DNA of 15,522 nucleotides from the NCBI GenBank assembly GCA_947626095.1, contig CANQQV010000027.1, positions 1 through 15,522 of the forward strand, in the 5' to 3' direction. Shown piece after piece: positions 7,311-13,062 of this stretch. Source of the stretch: an uncultured Bacilli bacterium (lineage in GTDB: Bacteria; Bacillota_I; Bacilli_A; RF39; UBA660). The notes under the pieces were generated by a model. That model had not been told where the DNA came from, did not search any database, and saw only the letters and a program-made list of their open reading frames with translations. The number at the start of each line of letters is the position of its first letter. The first letter of the stretch is position 1. A program made the translations under genes and the position numbers.

Positions 7311-9299
7311 CTACAATGATGAGTAACCTAAGATATGTTTTTGTATTTTTAATAAATCTAAAGAGTTAAGTTTTCCATCATAACTAACATCTGCCGCATA
7401 ATAATCAGCGCCACTTAAAGTATTATATTTTAAAATATGTTTTTGAACTATTAGTAAATCTAATGAATTTATTTTACCATCACTATTTATATCTCCACTA
7501 ATAGCAACAGTAAAATTCTTTTCTTCCGTTGTTCCACTAATTTTAATCTTATCACCTGTAATTAAACTACCACTATTCTTCTTATTGCCTTCAGCATCAT
7601 AAACAATAGCATTTCCACCATTCTTAGTAATTGAATTAACTAATGTACTAACTTGCGTATTAGGTGATATACCATATACGATATCTTTATTAGCTTTAAC
7701 ATCGACTTTATTAATTACATCTTCTACTGATACAACTTCATTAGCATTAATTTTCTTAATTGTTAAATTATAGCTTTTAGTACTACCATCTTCTGCTCTT
7801 ACTACAATAGTTGTGTTGATAACATCATCAACAAAAGTTAAAGTTCCTGTTCCACTTATCACACTTGAAGAACTATTAGCAGGTAAGGCACTAAGTGAAA
7901 TATAATTTTCTTCTGTTGGATAATTAATATTGTATTCCACAACATCTGGATCAAAACCTGTAATCGTTGTTCCATTAATTGTTATATCAATTAAACTATT
8001 TACTGAACTTTTATTTAATGGTTGAGCAACTGGACCCATATTATTAAATACTGGAATTGTAAATACAAATGCTGAATCTAAAGCCCCAGATTTATCGTAT
8101 ACACTTTTAGCATCTTTACCTTCACTAGCTGGCGCATAAACATTTGTCATATATTGATTAGTATACATCTTATTATCACTAGCACGATAACTAGAAATAT
8201 TAAATTTTTGATAATAAATTGTATCTTGACCTATTTTTACATAACGTGAAGCAATAAAGTTAGCTCCTCCAGTAATCGCTTTCTCTTCTGTGTCCCATGG
8301 ACGACCATAAGAAGTACTTTCAAAGAATCCTGCTGCATAAGCAACTGCTCTTGTTGTTGGAGACATCCCATTAGCTTTATAAGCTCCTATATTATAGAAA
8401 TTATAATAACCATCTAATGATTTACCATCATATTTTATTCCTGTTTTAGTTGTATAAATACCAGATGAAGGACCATAACCGGCCGTATTATTTCCTTCTT
8501 GTTTACTACGTGCTACTAAGTCTACAACATTTATCCCCTCAGTTGAAGCTGCACTTTTAAAATAACTTAAATATTGTTTTAAATTACCATTACCAACTAA
8601 ATATTCAATTGTTGAATCATTAGCTAAATCTTTATTAGCATCAGAATCTAAAAATTGAAAGATTAAGTTTTCAAATAAACTATTACGTGGATCCATAAAT
8701 GATGCAATAACTGAAGATTTAATATAATACCAACATGTTCCTTTTGTAGGACATTCATTTGGTGTTGTCTTTAACCAATAATTTTGATTAGTTGTTTGTA
8801 AAGAGCAATAGTTTTCTTCGCCTTTACTTGCTTCTTCTAATGTCATCCCAACTCTATCAGCATTAAACACCCAACTAGGATGAATACTATGTAAATAATA
8901 TAAATAAGGACAATAACTATCATCAAAACCTTTACCAACTAAAGTACTACAATATGATTGATAAGATTCTACCCCTGGAGCATCAGAAGTTAATGTATTA
9001 TTATCAACATTTATAACATAACTTTTAGAAATATAACCAGTTTGATTACCATCATATTTAACACTATACATATTATTAGATGCTGAACCAGTTATAATAA
9101 CCCTACTACCATAAGCAATTTGTGTTACTTCACCCTTACTAGTACTAGGAACATCATGAACTACCAAAGCATCAGCTGTAATGATTCCATTAAATGGATA
9201 TACCTCAGCTGCCTTAGTTGTTTCAACCCTTTGTGTAATTAATAAGAAAGCACTTAATATAAAAACAAATAAACAAAATAATTTAACTAATTTATTCAT
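7311..9299 (-). CDS. Secreted peptidoglycan hydrolase: SH3b, GH73/LytD-like N-acetylglucosaminidase, cadherin-like domain and C-terminal type I dockerin
   Basis: An N-terminal signal peptide is followed by an SH3b-like region at aa ~37-96 (GIITADALVV...GYISKSYV). Glucosaminidase motifs include LVARSKQEG (E268), YYNFYNIGA, GQDTIYYQKFN and QYMTN. A cadherin-like region reads GFDPDVVEY...VRAEDGSTKSY. The dockerin (aa 602-662) has two Ca-binding loops, DINSDGKINSLD and DVSYDGKLNSLD. Confidence 0.88.
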   Translation of the reverse strand: MNKLVKLFCLFVFILSAFLLITQRVETTKAAEVYPFNGIITADALVVHDVPSTSKGEVTQIAYGSRVIITGSASNNMYSVKYDGNQTGYISKSYVINVDNNTLTSDAPGVESYQSYCSTLVGKGFDDSYCPYLYYLHSIHPSWVFNADRVGMTLEEASKGEENYCSLQTTNQNYWLKTTPNECPTKGTCWYYIKSSVIASFMDPRNSLFENLIFQFLDSDANKDLANDSTIEYLVGNGNLKQYLSYFKSAASTEGINVVDLVARSKQEGNNTAGYGPSSGIYTTKTGIKYDGKSLDGYYNFYNIGAYKANGMSPTTRAVAYAAGFFESTSYGRPWDTEEKAITGGANFIASRYVKIGQDTIYYQKFNISSYRASDNKMYTNQYMTNVYAPASEGKDAKSVYDKSGALDSAFVFTIPVFNNMGPVAQPLNKSSVNSLIDITINGTTITGFDPDVVEYNINYPTEENYISLSALPANSSSSVISGTGTLTFVDDVINTTIVVRAEDGSTKSYNLTIKKINANEVVSVEDVINKVDVKANKDIVYGISPNTQVSTLVNSITKNGGNAIVYDAEGNKKNSGSLITGDKIKISGTTEEKNFTVAISGDINSDGKINSLDLLIVQKHILKYNTLSGADYYAADVSYDGKLNSLDLLKIQKHILGYSSL

Positions 9300-9334
9300 T
9301 CTATCACTTCCTTATTTTCAATTATTCTTAAACA

Positions 9335-9343
9335 ATTATAGCA
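9335..9343 (-). promoter_or_regulatory. Extended -10 (TGcTATAAT) for the autolysin-cohesin operon
   Basis: The minus strand reads TGCTATAAT at 9343-9335, ~35 nt upstream of ATG 9299. SD AAGGAAGTGA precedes the start. The -35 is poor. Confidence 0.55.
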
Positions 9344-9412
9344 TACTTTACATTATAATAGAACCCTTCCAACGTCTATGAATGTAAAGGTGACAACTAG
9401 CAAAATCGTCAA

Positions 9413-9441
9413 TTGTTCTTAATATATAATTATGATATAAT
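9413..9441 (+). promoter_or_regulatory. Sigma-A-type promoter for the LCP gene
   Basis: TTGTTC (9413-9418), a 17-nt spacer and TATAAT (9436-9441), with an extended TG at 9433-9434. Confidence 0.6.
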
Positions 9442-9476
9442 TTTTAATAGTATAAATTATGCAAAGGGGCATCTAA

Positions 9477-11477
9477 ATGAAAGTATTATTTAAGAAACTT
9501 AAAAAAGTTGATGGCTTACAAAAGTTCTTCTTCTTTTTATCTCTTATCTTATATATATTATCACTAGGCTTTTTTATTTATGGTATTTATAAATACAAAA
9601 TAGTCCTATCTTTACTTGATAAAAAAGAAATGACTATTGTCATTACTGTTTTTGTCTTACTAGGTATCTGGTTCTTCCTTTATATCCTCGGTGGTCTCAT
9701 TACAATGATATCCAAAAAACTAAAGACATTTATTTTTATAACAGTCTTAACATTTATCTTTAGTTTATTACTATGTGGTTTATCTTTACTTCTTGATGAA
9801 ATCAAAGATCGTATGGACTTAACAAAAAACGAATTAACTTATACATCTAATTTAATTGCTTTAAAAGATACTAACTTTAATAGTTCTTTAAAAATAGGAA
9901 TGATTGATGCTAACGATGATATTGAAGGTAGTATCCTAGCCCAAAAATTAATCGAAAAAGAAAACTTAAAAAATGAAATTGAATTATATGAAGATTATAC
10001 AACAATGATTAATGAATTATATCAAGGTAAAATTGGTGCTTGTTTCGTATCTGCTAACTACGCTGTTCTTTTTGAAAGTAGTGAATATAAAAACGATCTA
10101 ATTGATAAAGGTGAAATACCTATATCTAAACGTGTTAAAGTTCTATATGAATATAGCGAAGATATGGAAAACCAAGATAACGTAACTTTAGCTCATAGTA
10201 AAGAAAAAACCTTAACTGAACCATTTACTGTCCTTATTATGGGTGTTGATTCAACTATTAATGGCTTAAAAGCTAACCAAGCTTTTAACGGTGATACCTT
10301 AATTCTTGCTACTTTTAATCCTAATACTTTAACAGCTACAATGTTTAGTATTCCAAGAGACACGTACGTTCCTATTGCTTGTAATCATAATCGTTATGCT
10401 AAGATTAACTCATCTGCTGCCTATGGTTCAACTTGTGTTATTAATACTATTAAACAATTAACTGATATCAATATTGATTATTATGTAAAAATTAACTTTA
10501 CTGGTGTAGTTGACTTAGTTAACGCCCTTGGTGGCATTGAAGTTAATGTTGAAAAACCAGACTTTTCTAAATACAATGGTCAAGTATGTGAACAAGACTC
10601 TCAAAGAAGATTTGGAAACAATCTAGTATGTATGGATCCTGGTTTACAAACTTTAAATGGTGAACAAGCTTTAGCTTATGCTAGATGTCGTCATTTATAT
10701 GCTATATCAGATATTGCTCGTAATCAACATCAACAAGATATTATTGAAGCTCTAGCTAAGAAATTAAAAACTTTAAACTCTATCGAAGATTTTAATAAAA
10801 TATTAAACGCTGTATCTAATAATATTGAAACTAATATTACTAACGATCAAATATTATCTTTCTTTGAAGTTGGTAAAGACATGTTAAATAATTCAACCGG
10901 TAATACTTTAGCAATTAAAAAGACACATCTATCATACTATAATCTTAAAGTATATCTACCAAGATCTGGCATGTACACAAGTGCCTTAGGTTATTACCCA
11001 GAGTCATTAGAAGCAATTAAAAAATTAATGCGTGTTAATCTTGAGCTAGAACAAGAAGAACCAATCAAAACTTTTAGCATATCTTATAATGAAAAGTACG
11101 AAATTCCTATAACTGGTAAAGGTCTTACTGGTGGTTCTAAATTAGCATTAGTTAAATCATTTATCGGTAATTCACAAATTAATGCTGAAAGTTGGTGTAA
11201 TAGTAATGGAATTACTTGTTCATTCCAAATTGGCACTGATTATAATCCTGAAGGAACAATCTATAATCAATCAGTTCATGAAGGTGAATTACTAAGTGGC
11301 ATTACTTCTATTACTTTCTATATCAGTGATGGCTTAGGTACTCCACCAATCACAGAAGACCCAGAAAATCCTGACGAAGAGGACACCGAAGATGATGATA
11401 ATAATGATTCTGAAGAAGAAACACCATCTATTCCAGGCATTCCAACTGAAAGTGAAGGAGATTTAACAATAGGATAA
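9477..11477 (+). CDS. LCP (LytR-CpsA-Psr) family glycopolymer transferase, CpsA-like, with a C-terminal PASTA-like domain and acidic tail
   Basis: Three N-terminal TMs and an accessory extracellular domain precede the LCP motifs TVLIMGVDS, SIPRDTYV, KIN, IDYYVKINF, LVNALGGIEV, GEQALAYARCRH and SDIARNQHQQ. Aa ~556-619 are PASTA-like and the tail is D/E/P-rich. Confidence 0.92.
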   Translation: MKVLFKKLKKVDGLQKFFFFLSLILYILSLGFFIYGIYKYKIVLSLLDKKEMTIVITVFVLLGIWFFLYILGGLITMISKKLKTFIFITVLTFIFSLLLCGLSLLLDEIKDRMDLTKNELTYTSNLIALKDTNFNSSLKIGMIDANDDIEGSILAQKLIEKENLKNEIELYEDYTTMINELYQGKIGACFVSANYAVLFESSEYKNDLIDKGEIPISKRVKVLYEYSEDMENQDNVTLAHSKEKTLTEPFTVLIMGVDSTINGLKANQAFNGDTLILATFNPNTLTATMFSIPRDTYVPIACNHNRYAKINSSAAYGSTCVINTIKQLTDINIDYYVKINFTGVVDLVNALGGIEVNVEKPDFSKYNGQVCEQDSQRRFGNNLVCMDPGLQTLNGEQALAYARCRHLYAISDIARNQHQQDIIEALAKKLKTLNSIEDFNKILNAVSNNIETNITNDQILSFFEVGKDMLNNSTGNTLAIKKTHLSYYNLKVYLPRSGMYTSALGYYPESLEAIKKLMRVNLELEQEEPIKTFSISYNEKYEIPITGKGLTGGSKLALVKSFIGNSQINAESWCNSNGITCSFQIGTDYNPEGTIYNQSVHEGELLSGITSITFYISDGLGTPPITEDPENPDEEDTEDDDNNDSEEETPSIPGIPTESEGDLTIG

Positions 11478-11503
11478 AAAGTACCTTAATGGTACTTTTT
11501 CTT
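11476..11503 (+). terminator. Intrinsic terminator after the LCP gene
   Basis: AAAAAGTACC-TTAAT-GGTACTTTTT forms a perfect 10-bp inverted repeat that begins inside the stop codon and ends in a T-tract. Confidence 0.75.
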
Positions 11504-11521
11504 ATCAAAGGAGGCTAAATA

Positions 11522-12364
11522 ATGCATAATGAAACATTTTATACTAACAAGAACATCGATGATATTAAAATAGCTCTTATTAGTGATATTCACTATTATC
11601 AAAAATATAAAGATAAAATCTTTTGTCGTCTTTTAAAGCAAATCAAAAATAATCAACCAAATTATATTACGATAGTTGGTGATATCTTAGATAGTAGTAA
11701 TATTAATGATATAAATCGTTTAATTAATTTCTTTAAAGATTTATCTAATATTGCCCCCGTTATCTTTGTTAAAGGCAATCATGATGAAAAAACTGGTTAT
11801 ATGCATAACTGGTATTTCCAAGAGAACCAATTATTAATTAAAGAATTAAATAAACTTAAAAACGTCCATTTCCTTGATGATACTATTTACCAAGATAAAA
11901 ACATTACCTTCTATGGTTTTAACTTATCATATAACTACTATGAATGTGAAATGGAATCATATAAATGCTTTTGTGATGAAGTTAGTAAATTAAAATGTTC
12001 TATTCCCAAAGACACTTATAATATTACTTTAATTCATACTCCTATCAATATTTATAATTTTTTAAAAGAAAATAAAAAACATCATTTAAATAATAGCGAC
12101 TTAATTTTATCTGGTCATATGCATAATGGTTGTTTACCATTTATCATCTCTCATCCTCTGAATAAGTTATTTAAAACTTCCCGTGGTCTAATATCACCAA
12201 ACCGATCACTATTCCCTAAATATGCCCAAGGAAGAGTATATGAAGAACATGAGGGATACATTTATGAAGGAGTTACTAAATTAAGTCATTCAACTAAATA
12301 TTTTCATAATTTCGATATCTTCTTCCAAAAGAATGTTGAATTTATTACTATAAAAAAGAAATAA
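11522..12364 (+). CDS. Calcineurin-like metallophosphoesterase (YkuE/YaeI-like)
   Basis: Motifs SDIH, GDILD, GNHD, IHTP and SGHMH are present. SD AAGGAGG at 11508-11514. No signal peptide is evident. Confidence 0.88.
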   Translation: MHNETFYTNKNIDDIKIALISDIHYYQKYKDKIFCRLLKQIKNNQPNYITIVGDILDSSNINDINRLINFFKDLSNIAPVIFVKGNHDEKTGYMHNWYFQENQLLIKELNKLKNVHFLDDTIYQDKNITFYGFNLSYNYYECEMESYKCFCDEVSKLKCSIPKDTYNITLIHTPINIYNFLKENKKHHLNNSDLILSGHMHNGCLPFIISHPLNKLFKTSRGLISPNRSLFPKYAQGRVYEEHEGYIYEGVTKLSHSTKYFHNFDIFFQKNVEFITIKKK

Positions 12365-12383
12365 CATTATTGTTATTTCTTTT
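12354..12383. terminator. Bidirectional terminator shared by two convergent genes
   Basis: A perfect 13-bp inverted repeat, AAAAGAAATAACA (12354-12366) / TGTTATTTCTTTT (12371-12383), has a TTAT loop. Each arm includes the last codons and stop of one gene. Confidence 0.65.
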
Positions 12384-13059
12384 CATTATACTTAGGCTCT
12401 AACGTTGGTTGAAAATCTACTACACTCCAATTAGTATTATTCTTTTCTTTACAAACGACAATTGAAGCTTCTTTATCATAACCTAAATCTTTTTTATACT
12501 CTATTTTAAGTTTAACAAGATATCCTTCTACTTCATTATCTCCTAATTTATAAGTAGTTTTTTCTGTTGAGACAGTTTCTACATTACTTACTTCAGGTAA
12601 TTCTTGATTTCTATCACCATACGTATTATCTAATAAAGTTGAATAAAATTCATATACTACTTTATTTTCTAATACTTCTCTCTTATCACTATAATAAAAT
12701 TCGTAACCACCAATATCATATTTATTAATTTTTGTACTTAACGTATATAAGTCTATCGTAAACATTCTTGCTACTTGTGTTGCATATTCTTCTTCATTAA
12801 CTGGCTCTTTTTTTATTATTTCAATTAACTTATTAAATTCTGTTTTATAGTATTCACTATCTTGATCAGTTAAAGTATATCCATAATTAGTATCTTGCTG
12901 TAATATATTAACTTTAACAGTCTCTTTCGGTTCTTCGTGAAAGAACTTCGTAATTACAAAAGTTCCAATTCCTCCAACTATCAATAAAACTATCAGAGCT
13001 ACTAATACTTCAATAAATATTTTTTTCTTCTCTTTTTTAGTTCTTACTTTTCTTGCCAC
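12373..13059 (-). CDS. Hypothetical bitopic membrane protein
   Basis: It has a GTG start with SD GAGGA inside the last codons of ltaS, a basic N-terminus, one TM (aa ~15-40) and a ~185-aa extracytoplasmic domain. No family was recognised. Confidence 0.85.
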   Translation of the reverse strand: MARKVRTKKEKKKIFIEVLVALIVLLIVGGIGTFVITKFFHEEPKETVKVNILQQDTNYGYTLTDQDSEYYKTEFNKLIEIIKKEPVNEEEYATQVARMFTIDLYTLSTKINKYDIGGYEFYYSDKREVLENKVVYEFYSTLLDNTYGDRNQELPEVSNVETVSTEKTTYKLGDNEVEGYLVKLKIEYKKDLGYDKEASIVVCKEKNNTNWSVVDFQPTLEPKYNEKK

Positions 13060-13062
13060 TTT

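Noticed and set aside
5637-9299. Cellulosome or plant-polysaccharide degradation locus
   Set aside because: The dockerin is attached to a peptidoglycan hydrolase. There is only one cohesin-like domain and no cellulase or CBM in the window.
2172-9299. Prophage lysis module suggested by two hydrolases
   Set aside because: No holin, integrase or structural genes are present. Both hydrolases have signal or TM segments and sit among housekeeping envelope genes.
9181-9381. 66-aa plus-strand ORF
   Set aside because: It is antisense to the autolysin 5' end and its promoter, with no SD or recognisable motif.
9346-9400. Canonical WalR box upstream of the autolysin
   Set aside because: Only isolated TGTAAA half-sites in inverted orientation are present, with no TGTWAH-N5-TGTWAH direct repeat.
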